Shown piece after piece: positions 38,201 through 48,500 of a DNA stretch of 59,210 nt; position 1 is the stretch's first letter, and every line of letters begins with the position of its first letter. The position numbers were made by a program, and so were the translations under genes. A model generated the notes under the pieces. That model saw only the letters and a list, made by a program, of their open reading frames with translations. It did no database searches and had not been told where the DNA came from. Origin of the DNA: a virus. Its lineage: Duplodnaviria; Caudoviricetes. The stretch lies in the IMG/VR virus record IMGVR_UViG_3300030107_003333, positions 1-59,210 of that record; one strand, 5' to 3'.

Positions 38201-38892
38201 TTGCGGAAAGAATTAACACCGCCGTAAATAGAGTAAATACGGCTTTAAGTCACCTTGGAGACCTTCAGTTAGCCTTTTCAGATTCTGGTGATTCTACTAC
38301 TACCATAAATCCTAAAGGTGTAAAATTTGGGTATTTTTCAGAAGAAGGCTCTAGCGAGGTTAACAACCTTCAAGGAGAAAGAGTAAAACCATTTGCTTGG
38401 GGGAATCCAAATTTAGATAATGGAGCTCAAATAAAAGCTTTTGCAAATGCTGTCAACGACGTTAAAACATTAGCTAATATTTTTGCTGGAATGAATCCAG
38501 ATTCTTTTGCGGCTGCAGCAGGTGTTGGTACTGAACACTTTCAGTATGATTCGTCAGGAAACTTAATGAACCAAGAGGAAATTGCTGCTCGTGGGTATCT
38601 TGGTAGTTCTATAGTAGATATGCTGCAAAGTTATGTTAATACGAATGGTGGTGGTGAAATTACTTCATCAACTTTAGAGGAAATTTTAGCTAACGATGGT
38701 ATTAGCATGTCTCAGTTTGTAGACCTATTAGCTGGACTAAGTAATATTGCAGGAAACAATGATTTCCTAAAAGCAAGGTATGATGCTTCAGGAACAGGAG
38801 AGGTTAACCAGAGTGATTTCTTAACTTTTATAAGTCTTTTTGGTGAGGCTTATGATACAGATAACCAAGAAAAATACACGGTAAATATATAA
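32263..38892 (+). CDS. Tail stabilisation/nozzle-like protein (N-part) with coiled-coil extension
   Basis: DALNV, LFFTDNRNEPRKLN, NRLFYGNYVEG, GIVYYD..GR, YGCDNNPES, GGYDP..DEFILS motifs, then heptad-rich tail. Confidence 0.75.
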   Translation: MISKVVPRKLDHSSDSKVRRKDDMFDALNVSIWSDDRGGASGNEGVIKPVKSNVLLDGSGAFDDSSDKVVLGKVIDNKYDVIYFFVYCSNVADSGVYAYDPTNYLSDFHPAESVFKVYATSEFNFHPESFVKGDITYVQKKREFGGRVYEDTPMLFFTDNRNEPRKLNVLRAVWDPTVTTYTVGSSGIVDFITACPKMPTMPIEFEFVEDPDTPYSEFKNVNGFQFAYQLVYKDGNVSAMSTVSDIAVPPSYVNQGVLPVPYLNLHNICRLTVPPQAITSEVEKVKILARRGNDGNFFEITEMENSLIYINGLIEGIIISGGNVDDMMDLFQEIDTSEESSQITQENPFVYDFKNDTINIAISQDDQIKHFDNLPKRAESQSIVDNRLFYGNYVEGFDQVETEATINAVPLPRTPDFTNYEIKIEPATCLSASLTSDGMWENLDDFDNDVTNSWNKNSAFVINPYEMPEDGIAIGDEVSISFSLIPDTNWHIYDSTNSYHQTNQLGDFFGPSAGTVFESDYDYTPLELEGRRVDGFFQYIRGDFEDLVFDVQAESNYGLAEPCLPAVCDDGVQDAGANKVWKNSYSAEGSMECLYGTSAANPLIVQGGEISISIKIKALASNSKEAVSQFLADIITGDPTIYSNNAFQLLEAEINSTYSYDLGLQHEDSFNQGDPFGKLIVMVGGDSQELQTKNALQNLAGAFIINKATVELGFFLDEAYHQPLPESYTASGHGNWIGEGSGWDEEIGKRRIGIYVKRITDVETMTCQRRLLSSSPWTVLDNSEVMTFNSAQNLPYGPFELVAQEFDSYLNNEFLGGDTSGPTDGCFKWWRGYLDYSQENYPFFEDGVNGPPQFSVMDGEGGIGGGPTSTPLPIWVSPYDDCQIVTSPEGSTQYLNWSSNIAMIKGVGNLGSAPLVSFTPNGVLTPNSAYIQQTGAGGGAANEHKLGTIVSNNVILHKPNLSNSNLPNLSGNSDEVIAMPMFYRTGQTSNPAVFYEWEAITVEGGDFQLIPNTTNYIFPYSWMDRAHSTANIFKFSFYNATLYAEGSKSYKSAANHTFGIVYYDSRGRASNVSPLGSAFSPAYHERAEGFEGKVEMQIQMSHDPPPDAETFQIVYSGNTSVTRFIQYATSGAYISTRMYESGGGHFYVGLNYLQGGDIAYHESFGARASEGGVPYTYRDGDMLRVISYYSTGSLDSRVWLSDIYEFEVSYTQEMPDDSMSPLYVAAIDGASTHPAKRGTFIKVKDNPNALGFSFADIQSGNNQPDSQTHNWGKRCIVEIYNPADAVAEDDLIFYETGDVFSITQHDSLLTLSGGDVWWRHVPVNMAEHDGAMFTNLIDLDFSESNFKNYSLETQAFSDFVRGSDVLDKGKLKIIVPNSQEVVRSSSITYSEKNNPASKLFTLTSFNPAKMQFKDMPAEYGNINYMVNQQDSMFVIQSSRCSSVPVNRNLITTASNDESLIAATKVLGTERYYAGEYGCDNNPESVCVVGPNIYFASKSSKEVYKFNSSTGIDVISNTGMRSFFRDLFNSAINDEGVVKVVGGYDPIKDEFILSVYNQPSIEYTEDADDPTGAASGGVVFQDTTTINSLEQQLYNVIQAITSLQTTDGETLFPQGILPPPLQQFYQNFSGTNELDYLNGLDADGSGIMEPEEVVSSNAVTYPLMLQVFETIALIENNAIVDIINTITSVIDDPSIDTAQEIQNYISNLQVDNATLTESLSTLQSSYDTLQSDYNVLQTDYATLQTDIASNEADIEQLNQQIVDQLAQIAQLQTQANEDGNTITDLNAQLAEYAAQAGLDAETIAQLQNQVNIDAETIAELEAAAQVAEGTIADLNNQLSSANAQIAAMQESLAVQAAEITALTLANAEATALVAGYEQNISALEGQILNLEDALASSASSIELLESLVAQQATFSAEAEESIDELTAENLALQTQLDLEASALRSALVQLDMQLLHAGYGTVNVANSNIQANVNNLEFDGVAERINTAVNRVNTALSHLGDLQLAFSDSGDSTTTINPKGVKFGYFSEEGSSEVNNLQGERVKPFAWGNPNLDNGAQIKAFANAVNDVKTLANIFAGMNPDSFAAAAGVGTEHFQYDSSGNLMNQEEIAARGYLGSSIVDMLQSYVNTNGGGEITSSTLEEILANDGISMSQFVDLLAGLSNIAGNNDFLKARYDASGTGEVNQSDFLTFISLFGEAYDTDNQEKYTVNI

Positions 38893-38896
38893 CAAC

Positions 38897-39790
38897 ATGC
38901 AAAGAACAATAGCTTTTAGTAACAGTAAAAATGTTTGGACTACTAGATATAGTTTTGTTTCTGCTTGTATGGGCTGGATAAGAAATTTTATGGTGTCAGC
39001 ACCTAGAACTTCTATGAATAATCAAGTTTTATACAAACATGACGAAAGCTCATCTGACAATAATAGATTTTACGGAGTTCAAGCTGCCTCTACTATAGGC
39101 GTGACATTTAACGATAAGCCCTCTTCTAACAAACAATTCAAATCTTTTTCTATAGAGAGTGGAGACCCTTCTGTTATATCTGGTTTAAATACGTTTGTAG
39201 TTAATCGTAGTGGAACTCAAGCTGTAGATAAAAACACAACTATAAGTTCTTTAAGAGAAAAAGGCGGGATAGTATATGGGAATATTCCAGAAGAAGAAAG
39301 AAGAACTATGTCTAATATAGAATATATAGGTCAAGTTCAGTCTGTTGTAGGGCTGTATGATGATAGTGATGAAATATCTTTAGAGGAAGCTGAAGCTTTA
39401 GGGTATCCGCAAAATATTTCTGATCAATTACTATATGTAAAGTTAGATTCAGTAGAGTCTGTTCCTCTTAGTCATAAAGGGGCATTTCTTCTTAGAGAAC
39501 AAAATATAGAGAATTTTAGAAATATTCCAACTAGCCCATTGCAATTACCGACTCAACTTGGTCCACAATATGTTGACTTACCTATATATTATAATGGTGG
39601 ATTAATAGTAAGATCTGCAGGTATGAACCCTGTTGTAGGGGACAGATTATTTTTTGGCTATAATGGAGTTAATGGTGAAGCTCCTAAAGGTCAATATGCT
39701 GACGCTGTTATATCTTTAGGTAGTGGCGATTTTGAGGTGTATGCCTTAAATGTAGAATATTCACCTACAAGTTTAGATCATAATAAGTAA
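38897..39790 (+). CDS. Tail stabilisation-like protein (C-part)
   Basis: TIAFS....WTTRYSF, NRFYG, FNDKPS..KQFKSFSIE, EKGG, KGQYA motifs. Confidence 0.65.
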   Translation: MQRTIAFSNSKNVWTTRYSFVSACMGWIRNFMVSAPRTSMNNQVLYKHDESSSDNNRFYGVQAASTIGVTFNDKPSSNKQFKSFSIESGDPSVISGLNTFVVNRSGTQAVDKNTTISSLREKGGIVYGNIPEEERRTMSNIEYIGQVQSVVGLYDDSDEISLEEAEALGYPQNISDQLLYVKLDSVESVPLSHKGAFLLREQNIENFRNIPTSPLQLPTQLGPQYVDLPIYYNGGLIVRSAGMNPVVGDRLFFGYNGVNGEAPKGQYADAVISLGSGDFEVYALNVEYSPTSLDHNK

Positions 39791-39798
39791 TATTTTAG

Positions 39799-39806
39799 TA
39801 TTTTTG
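39799..39806 (+). promoter_or_regulatory. Bacteroidota -7 element
   Basis: TATTTTTG 4 nt before ATG 39811. Confidence 0.7.
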
Positions 39807-39810
39807 TAAA

Positions 39811-40761
39811 ATGAGCGATTTTGGAGACTGGGCCCAATCAGAAGGAGGCCAACAAACAATGGCAGGAGTTGCATCTCTTCTTGCAGGCCTTGCTCAGAAA
39901 AAAGCATCTAAAGATGCTTATACGGCTGGACAAGATGTTTTAGAAGCGGAAGGTGCAGAACAATCAGCAGAAGGCCAGAAGCTATATGAAGCTATGCTTA
40001 AAGAACTTCGTTCTGGAAAGTATGATGTTTCTCAAGCTCAAAGAGATTTAGCAACGGATACTAAAGAAGCTGCTGAACAATTTATAGTGGATACAAGGCG
40101 GAGAGGTCAAGAGCGTAGAGGCGATATAGTATCTGCTATTCAAAGCGGTGATCCAAGGCAAGTAGGGTTAGCTGAGACTTCTTCTAGGAATATTGAAGAC
40201 GACTTGAAAGGAGCTGAGCTTACAGCTCTGCAAACTAAGGTTGGTGCAGATAAAGCAATAGCTGATTTAGAACAAGCGGGATTAGATAGGCAAGCTGCGT
40301 TAAGCGAAATGGAAATGCTAAGAGGCGCTCAAGGCGCTGAAGCGGGCAGACAAATGGAGCTGCAAGCTATGTTGACTCAAGCGCAAGCAGGCCCTCAAGC
40401 CACACAAGAGGGTATAAATACAGCTCTTACAGCATTTAGTGCGTTATTTAATCCAGAATACGGAGAAAACGATGGTGGTTCAAACACTAACGAAGATGAC
40501 CCAAACAATGTCGAAAAAGGAGGTAAATTAGATTTTGCAAGGAAGGGTATGAAAACAAACGGAGAGTTTTCTCACGAAACTAATCCAAAGGCTATTATTG
40601 ACGAAGACACTGGTATAAAAGAAGGGGAGGTAACTGGAGGAGAGTTAGTGTTTAATCCTGATCAATCAGACAATATGGAGGCTTTAATTAACAAAGGTGA
40701 TGCTAAAGGGCTTCTTAAATATCTTAAGGATCTTCTTTCTGAACCGCAATTCCAAGCATAA
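39811..40761 (+). CDS. Probable ejection/internal virion protein
   Basis: A/Q-rich helical; C-terminal GEFSHETNP...EVTGGELVFNP; position after tail genes. Confidence 0.6.
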   Translation: MSDFGDWAQSEGGQQTMAGVASLLAGLAQKKASKDAYTAGQDVLEAEGAEQSAEGQKLYEAMLKELRSGKYDVSQAQRDLATDTKEAAEQFIVDTRRRGQERRGDIVSAIQSGDPRQVGLAETSSRNIEDDLKGAELTALQTKVGADKAIADLEQAGLDRQAALSEMEMLRGAQGAEAGRQMELQAMLTQAQAGPQATQEGINTALTAFSALFNPEYGENDGGSNTNEDDPNNVEKGGKLDFARKGMKTNGEFSHETNPKAIIDEDTGIKEGEVTGGELVFNPDQSDNMEALINKGDAKGLLKYLKDLLSEPQFQA

Positions 40762-42533
40762 TGGCTAGCGGAGGATTTACATTCACTCAGGGTATAGACC
40801 CTCAAGCACAGGTAGCGCAGGCAGCTCAACAGCAGCAAACAGCAACAACAACAGCTTCTGCTATATTAAATGCCTCTACTCTCATGGAGCAAAAGAGGCG
40901 TCAAGCTTATTTGAAGTATGAGAATGCTCGTCAGTATATGCGTAATGACTTGAATCAAATAGCTCAATTTGATGTTTCTTCTGCAGGAACAGGTCAAATG
41001 TCAGATGCTCTTTCTCAACTAGCAGATGATGCTCGTGAGCAAATAAAAGAAGCTAATAATACTATTGAAGCTCAAGAAATTATAGCTAATTTTAAAGAGC
41101 AGTATGATATGCTTGTAGCAAGAGAAACTTCTATATCTGAAAAGCGTCAGCTTTTTGAAAATGCATCTCACGCTACAGGGGCCGATATAGACGCTCTAAA
41201 CGCTGGGTTGGATGCAGATCAACAATACGTTATCCCTGAAGTTTCTGATGTGGCAAATTCTGAAAATAAATGGCACAATCCTTTTGAGGGTGGTATTCAG
41301 GTTGTTGATGGTAGGCTTATGGCTGTAGATCCTACAGATAACGTCCTAAAAGAAATAACCGACATAGAAGCTTTTTTAAACGATTCTATGTTTGATTTGC
41401 AAACAGAGCAAATTACTGTTGGTTCTATTAGTGATTGGGCTATGACACAAACAGTAGTCGATAAAATCAAACTTAAAGACGGTAGTTGGAATCGAAGTAG
41501 AGCTGAAAGCCTTTATAATGACGCTATTATGCAAGTGGGTAGAACTGGGGACAGAACAAGTAGCGGAGCTGTACATAGGCGTGAAGTATTAAATACTTTA
41601 GAGACTAGAGAACTTATATCCCCCTTCGATGAAGACGAAAGAAAAGCATTTATAAACGGAAATTTTGATTATTTCAACACCGAATCAAGTAAAGAGACTT
41701 TAGATGAAGTAATAGAAAAGGGTAGGGAAATATTTGTAAAAGAATCTAAGTTTGGTTTTGACTCTCCTGAAGATATAAAAACCAAAGAAGATGCCGCTTT
41801 AAAGACTCAGCAAGAATCTTTAGAGGGGTATAGTATGCGAGGGTTAACTGCTACATCTCAAGGACAGACTTTTGATCTATACTCTATACCTGAAACAATA
41901 GATGTAGAGGGTAGCGTTCATGTAGAGGGTGGTGAGTATAGCATATATGGGTTTAATGTTAACCCAACTGATGGGAGTATAGTAGCTAGAATTAAGAAAG
42001 AAGAAAAAGTTCTTATGTACGAGTATGTAGATGAAAACAATGTAGTTCAACTTGCTAACACTCTCGAACAAGCTCAAAGACTTGGACAACCTACTGGAGA
42101 AACTGAAGAGTTTACTAAAGGTGGTACACCAGAAACCATAACTATAGAACAAGATGGCAAAGGGTTATCTAGAGAGGTATTTAATAAGCTCTTTGCGGAA
42201 GACCCTATAGCACTTTCGTTATTAGGCCAAGAACTTGATGCTTATAATACACGTATATTAGATGAAGCTTTAGAACAACAGTATCAAGAGACTCCAGCCA
42301 ATGTAGATCCAGATGCACCTATTTATACTACGCAAGAAGACGATCTTTTGCAAGTGGGAGATATTTGGAACCGATTAACTGGTGAGACCAAGACAATTTT
42401 AGGAAGATTAGATATTGGACAAGATGAGCTTGAACAGCTTATAAGGGCTGAAAACATAACAACAGAAGAACAATTACTTGAAATGATAAATCAAACTTTA
42501 TCTGGAAGAAGCGGAGCAGGCGCATCTTTTTAA
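40761..42533 (+). CDS. Probable ejection/internal virion protein
   Basis: 590 aa, between small and giant internal proteins. Confidence 0.55.
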   Translation: MASGGFTFTQGIDPQAQVAQAAQQQQTATTTASAILNASTLMEQKRRQAYLKYENARQYMRNDLNQIAQFDVSSAGTGQMSDALSQLADDAREQIKEANNTIEAQEIIANFKEQYDMLVARETSISEKRQLFENASHATGADIDALNAGLDADQQYVIPEVSDVANSENKWHNPFEGGIQVVDGRLMAVDPTDNVLKEITDIEAFLNDSMFDLQTEQITVGSISDWAMTQTVVDKIKLKDGSWNRSRAESLYNDAIMQVGRTGDRTSSGAVHRREVLNTLETRELISPFDEDERKAFINGNFDYFNTESSKETLDEVIEKGREIFVKESKFGFDSPEDIKTKEDAALKTQQESLEGYSMRGLTATSQGQTFDLYSIPETIDVEGSVHVEGGEYSIYGFNVNPTDGSIVARIKKEEKVLMYEYVDENNVVQLANTLEQAQRLGQPTGETEEFTKGGTPETITIEQDGKGLSREVFNKLFAEDPIALSLLGQELDAYNTRILDEALEQQYQETPANVDPDAPIYTTQEDDLLQVGDIWNRLTGETKTILGRLDIGQDELEQLIRAENITTEEQLLEMINQTLSGRSGAGASF

Positions 42534-42547
42534 TAAAAACCTAAAGC

Positions 42548-45500
42548 ATGAACGGAGTTACTTTACAAAATCCATTTCAAACAAGCCAAGATCCTCAAGA
42601 TAAAAGGCAGTACGACTTTGATCAAAGTTTAGAAGCGTTGCTGGCTCAAAACCATTCTCCTGATAAAATTGTTAAGATTATGGGTTCGGCAGGGTTCGAT
42701 CCGTATGATGTGGCTAGCAGTATAAATAAAAGGTATGATGATCAGAGGAGGCAAATGTTTAACGATCATAAACAACTGCAAGATCAACTTAAAGCAGAAA
42801 AGGAAGCATATGACAACATCTTAAAAAAAAAAGATATTGCATTAGAACAAGATGGGGAGCAGTCTGTCTTTGGTTTGGATTTGAGTTTAAGTCCAGACGA
42901 TCAAGCTAAAGCTTACTATGACGGTTTATCTAACGATCAAAAATGGGATCAGTTTGGTATACTATCTAAATCTTTAGCTTTAGATAAAATTAAAACAGAT
43001 GTATTACCAACTTTAACTCCTCCAGAACCTGTTAACCCACCTTTAACATCTGAGCTTGCTGTTGATAATAACTTAGCGGCGCTTAATCTTATTGACAATA
43101 CTGCTCTTGAAGTTTATAGCGACTACACAGCGGCATCTAAATTAAAAACAGCTATAGCTAATAACGACACTAAAGAGATTATTAGCTTAATAAATTACTT
43201 TAACGCTCAAAAAAGACTTACTGAGTTTCCAACAGAAGAGGCATCATCTGTTTGGGATTATATGCAAAACTTAGGTTGGTCGGTTGTTTCTCCAGTTACG
43301 TCATATGTTTTGCCAGAAAGAGACCAAGATCCAGAACCTTTTAGTCAGGACTTTCTGAAAAATCTAGATTTTGAAGTAGATAAAATTTTAAAAGAATCTA
43401 GTAACGCTCAATCTAATGTTATGAATATGATTAATGATTTTAATTATAGAAATAATATTCCGATGCAATACAATCCATCAAGCGAAATGGATTACAATAT
43501 ATTTTTAAGAAACTCTGTAAACAGAAGCTTAACAAGGGCGGAGGAAGAAGAGGCTTCTCTGAATGAGTTTATATATTCTGAACTAACAGAAGATGAAAGA
43601 AAGGATCCAGTAAAAAGAAAAGAGGCTGAAGATTACTATTATGGGACTATACCTGATACATTTTTTGGAAATTTACTGGCGGCAGACAGAGCTAGAGGGA
43701 CTTGGGGAGAATGGTGGGATACATGGCAGAATAATTTTGGACTAGCTTTAAATCCAATAGTAGCAGAAACGTGGGGTGAAGATATGGGCGAGGTAATGAA
43801 AAACGAGCTTCTTGAAATAAAAAGGCAGCAGGACTTAAGAGAATACGATAAAAAAGTACAGCTGGCTAGAGATTTTGATATTACTCCAGAGCAGTTGAAG
43901 ATGCCTATTGATCAAAGGTTTTCTGAAACTATTAATGGTAATATTTCTATGGGGGACTTTTTTGCTACCACTACTGCTAATACAGCAGAAATCATGTCAG
44001 ACGCCCTTATTAGTTCTGCCGAGTTTATGATTCCTTATATAGGTCCAGCAGTAATGGGTCTTGATATATACAGTCAAACTTACGCTGACGTTGTAGCTAA
44101 CCAACCACATATAAGCCCTCAAGAAGCTATGATGACATCTGCTCCTAAAGCTGTTTTTGAGGTTCTTATAAATAAACTTATGTTTGCGAAAGGTATTGGT
44201 TCTGTTGGGGCTTTGAAAGATGTAGCGGCAAACCTTGGAGCTAAAGAAACAATTAAACAAGTTGGAAAACGAGCTGCCGTAGAGAGAGGATTACTTGGTA
44301 ATGCCTTTACCAAGTATTTACTTCCAGAAGCTATGGAGGAAGGAATCGTTTCTATAACCAATCAAACTATTGATGCTGTTGCCGATGTTGCACAGGGTAG
44401 AGCTGTAAGGGATCTTAATACATATGAAGTTTCTGATGCGTTTTGGGCTGGTATGGTTGGAGCCGTAGGCCCTGCTAGCGTAGCTACATTTACAAGTAAT
44501 CTAGGTCACACCAGAACAATGGATGACAGATTAAAAACTGTGGAAGGTATAAATGACTTAAAAAGTCAAATAAGTTCTGAAACAAATCCTGATATTAAAT
44601 CAAATAAAGTTGCTCTCCTTCATGATGAAATAAAAAAGATGAAAATACTTGCTACAGATGAAGCAGCGTATTACAGTGCTCTTAATCCTGAAGAGGTGAG
44701 GAGTATTATGTCTATAAACCAAGAACTTTCTCAAACAAGAGATATCTTAAAAAGAGGTAGATATTTTACCGATGAAGTCGTTGAGGAGAGCGATATTGAA
44801 GGGCTTGAAAATCGTATGCAGGATCTGTACAAAGAGAAAGCTAATATTGAGAATGAAGCTATAAGAAGGGCTGAAGCTGAAATGAGAGCTCAGGAAAGAT
44901 CCAATATAGTTAACAATGAAGATGCAGCTAAAAGAAACGAAACTCGTACTGGCACTAAAGCTGATATTGAGAAAGCTGCTGAAGAAGCATCTGAAAGAGA
45001 GAGAACTATTGATGATGATATAGAAGACGCTAGAAGAGGAGATGTAGAAGCTCAAGAAAAACTAAAAAAGTATGGTATAGAATGGGAATACACTCCTGTT
45101 TATAGGTTTATTTCAGAATCAGAAGTAGAAGCTTTAAAGAAAGGAAAAACCATCAAGGGTAAAAATCCTAAATTTGGAGCTGATGTAACTATAGATCCTG
45201 AAGGTGAGGGCGCTGGAGCAACTACTACAGAATATAGAGTCACTTTTAAAGAAGATGGATTCGATAACAAAAAGACAGGTTCGAGAGTCCGTATGAAGAA
45301 TAAACAGGACGGATGGGTGTCAGAAGGTTACTCTATGGATGATGTTGCTAAGATTGAAAAGAAAAGCGCTGATGGAACATGGGAGACAGTTTATGAAGCT
45401 GATGCACCAACAACAGACGCTATAGATAAACCGCAACAAAAAACTTCTTATAATACCATATTAGAATCGGAAGTATCAAAATCGGCATTAAAAAGCATCC

Positions 45501-48500
45501 TTCTATCAATTAGAAAATCTTACCCCAACTCCTATGCGGTAGACCTGCTAAGCGATGTTATAAAAGAAAAGCCTATAGATGACTTTAATTATGACTATTT
45601 GAATGACGAGAACTTAACGTATCAGTCTGTTATTGATATGTTAGTTTCAGAAGAGATATTTAACACGACACGAGAGGCTGTCGATAAACTTTCTATTATA
45701 GGAAAGGGAATCGTAATGAAAGATATTGCTGGTAAATCGGTAGATAAAGCCACTGCCCAAGAACAAACTGAAGTAAAACCTACTGAGACAGTTGAAAAAG
45801 ATTATGATACTGTAATTAAAGATTATATGAACTCAGTAGAGGATCTTGAATTATTTTATGAAGAGCTAATTGTAAGAGATTCTCCTAAGATGGAATCAAG
45901 ATCTCAAATGTCAGTTGTTATTAACGGATATGAAGACTTTATGGATTTGTGGGCTGCTATTACTGGTAATGGAAAGCTTCCATCTGCTATGCAGAACATA
46001 TACTTTATTAAAGATGATAAAAGATATAATGTAAACCCACCAAGCCCTAAACTTGATGAAGATGGTAATGTGATAGACATGCCTCTAAAAAAGACATTGC
46101 GTGATTATTTACTTCAAAAAGCAGCTGAAGAAGAACTAACAACACCAAAAGAAGATGTCTCAGAAGAAGATGTAGAATTACCAAAAGAGCTTACAGAAGA
46201 AATCGATCAAGGGATATTTGAAAAATACACTGGTGAAAATCCATTTCTTAAAGGTTTAAATTTAGCAGAAAGAGTTCGTAAAAAATATTTTAGATCACAA
46301 AAACTGTTACCTAAAACTGTATCTAGACTTCTTGAATTAGAGGGAGGAGCTTTAGCAGCTCACTTTAAAGATGTGGAGTCAAGCTTTAAGGATTTTTGGA
46401 AAATGTACGACGCTTATAAGGGGGATAAAGAAGCTCTCTTAGAAGACTATGACGCAGCTTTAAGAGGTGACGTTGAGGCGCTTGACAGACTCCCTGAAGA
46501 ATTTGCCATTCACTTAAAGAAAGTTAGGAATCAAATAGACGGGCTAAGCCAAGAAGCGATAGATGTCGGTGTGTGGGATTTATCTACAGAGGAGGGAAGA
46601 AAAACAGCTCGTACTGTAAAAGATAAACTCGGTAAATACTTAACAAGGTCTTTTGAAATCTTTGATAATGATAACTGGGCTAATGAAGTTAGCGATAAAG
46701 TAGTTGTAGCTGCTAAAAATTTAATTAGACAGCAGATCAAAGATGCGGCAAAATTAGAATACGAAAGCGATCCTGCTCTCAAGGAGAAATTTGAAACTTT
46801 TGAAGATTACCTTACTGACAGAGTTGATGGGTTGGTAAATGAACTCTTAACCAAAGAGACAGCTAAAGGTTATATAAAAGGGAAAGCATTACTAGGAAAG
46901 GGCTCAGACATAAGTAAAAAGCTTAAAGATATACCTGCTGAGATAAGAGCACTGATGGGTGAGTATGCAGACCCGATGAAGAATTACGCTAAAAGCATAT
47001 TAAAATTAGCGTCAGCAGTAGAGGGCACTAAAACTATGCAGAAGGTAAGAGAGGCTGGCTTAGGTAAATGGTTGTTCGAGAATCCTACAGGACAGTTTGT
47101 TTCTCAAATAGCTGCTGAAGGTAGCGAGACCATGAGGCCTCTCAATGGCTTGTATACCACACCAGAAATAGCAGAAGCTATTAAAGAAGTACCCCAAACA
47201 AAAAGCGCTTTAGTTGAGCTTTATATAAAACATGTTTCCTCTAGGGTTAAATGGGCTAAAACTATTGGGTCTGTAGCTACTCATATGAAAAACATCTTAG
47301 GTAACTTAGGTTTTATGTGGGCTAATGGTCATACAGATATTTCTCAAATGGGTATTGCTTTTAAGACTATAAAAAATGACATTCAAAACAGAGGTGATGA
47401 AGCGTTAAGAGAAAGGCTGAAAGAATATATTCAACTAGGACTTGTAAATCAAAACGTAGCAATAAGAGAAATAAACGATATGTTTAGCTCTGAAAATTTT
47501 GAGAATGCTATGATGGATAATCTAAACTCTCAAAGAACTTCTAAAAAAGCTAAGCAAGCTAAAGGTGTTGTTAAAGGTATAAAACGACAGCTTCTTGATA
47601 CTAAGTCTGTTATTTTGCCCGCAAAGTTTGAGCAAATGCTTGATGACTTATATCAAGCGGAAGATGACTTTTTTAAGATTGTTGCGTTTGAAATTGAGAG
47701 AAATAGATACGCAGATGCTTTATTTGGAAAGCCATATGAAAAACTAACTCCTGAAGAGAAGAAAGCTCTTAATGAATACATAGTAGATAAAATAGTTAAA
47801 CAAACTTACCCTTCTTATGATAGGGTTCCAACAGCAGTAAGAGCTCCTAGTCAGATATGGCTAGGCAACTTCGTTTCATTCGTTGCTGAATCATACAGAG
47901 TGAGTTACAATACGCTTTCTCTTTCAGCTCAAGAGATGGCGTCTGATAATCCAAAATTAAAAAAGATTGGTATGAAAAGACTTGCTGGGGCGCTTTCGTA
48001 TGTAAGCGCTAAGAGTGGGTTAGTAGCTGGGTTTGGAACATTGGCTGGAGTAGGGGCTATGGGTATAATGGGGGCGTTTACAGACGATGAAGAGGAAAAG
48101 AGAAAGAGAAAGGCGACAAAGAATTTTGTTGCTCCATGGTCTAAAGATTCTGATTTACTTTACTACAGAGTAGGAGACGGTAAGTTTTCTTACATTGACT
48201 TATCTGCTTCAGATCCTTATGGTCAAATAAGCAGGGTCGTAAACGCTACTGTAGGTAGCGGAGAAGGTGTAGAGTCAATGATAGACGGACTTGTAGTTGC
48301 TTTAAGTCCTTTCGTTGATCCAGACATAGGAACGAGGAGGCTTATGAACATCATCTACAATCAAGATGATTACGGAAAACAGATATACAATCCTGAAGAT
48401 CCTATGGTAGATCAAATAGCTGATATAACAGCAGCATTTTATGAGGTTATAGAGTTAGGAAGTGTGACTTCGATGAGAAAAATCTGGAATGCAGAAGGGT

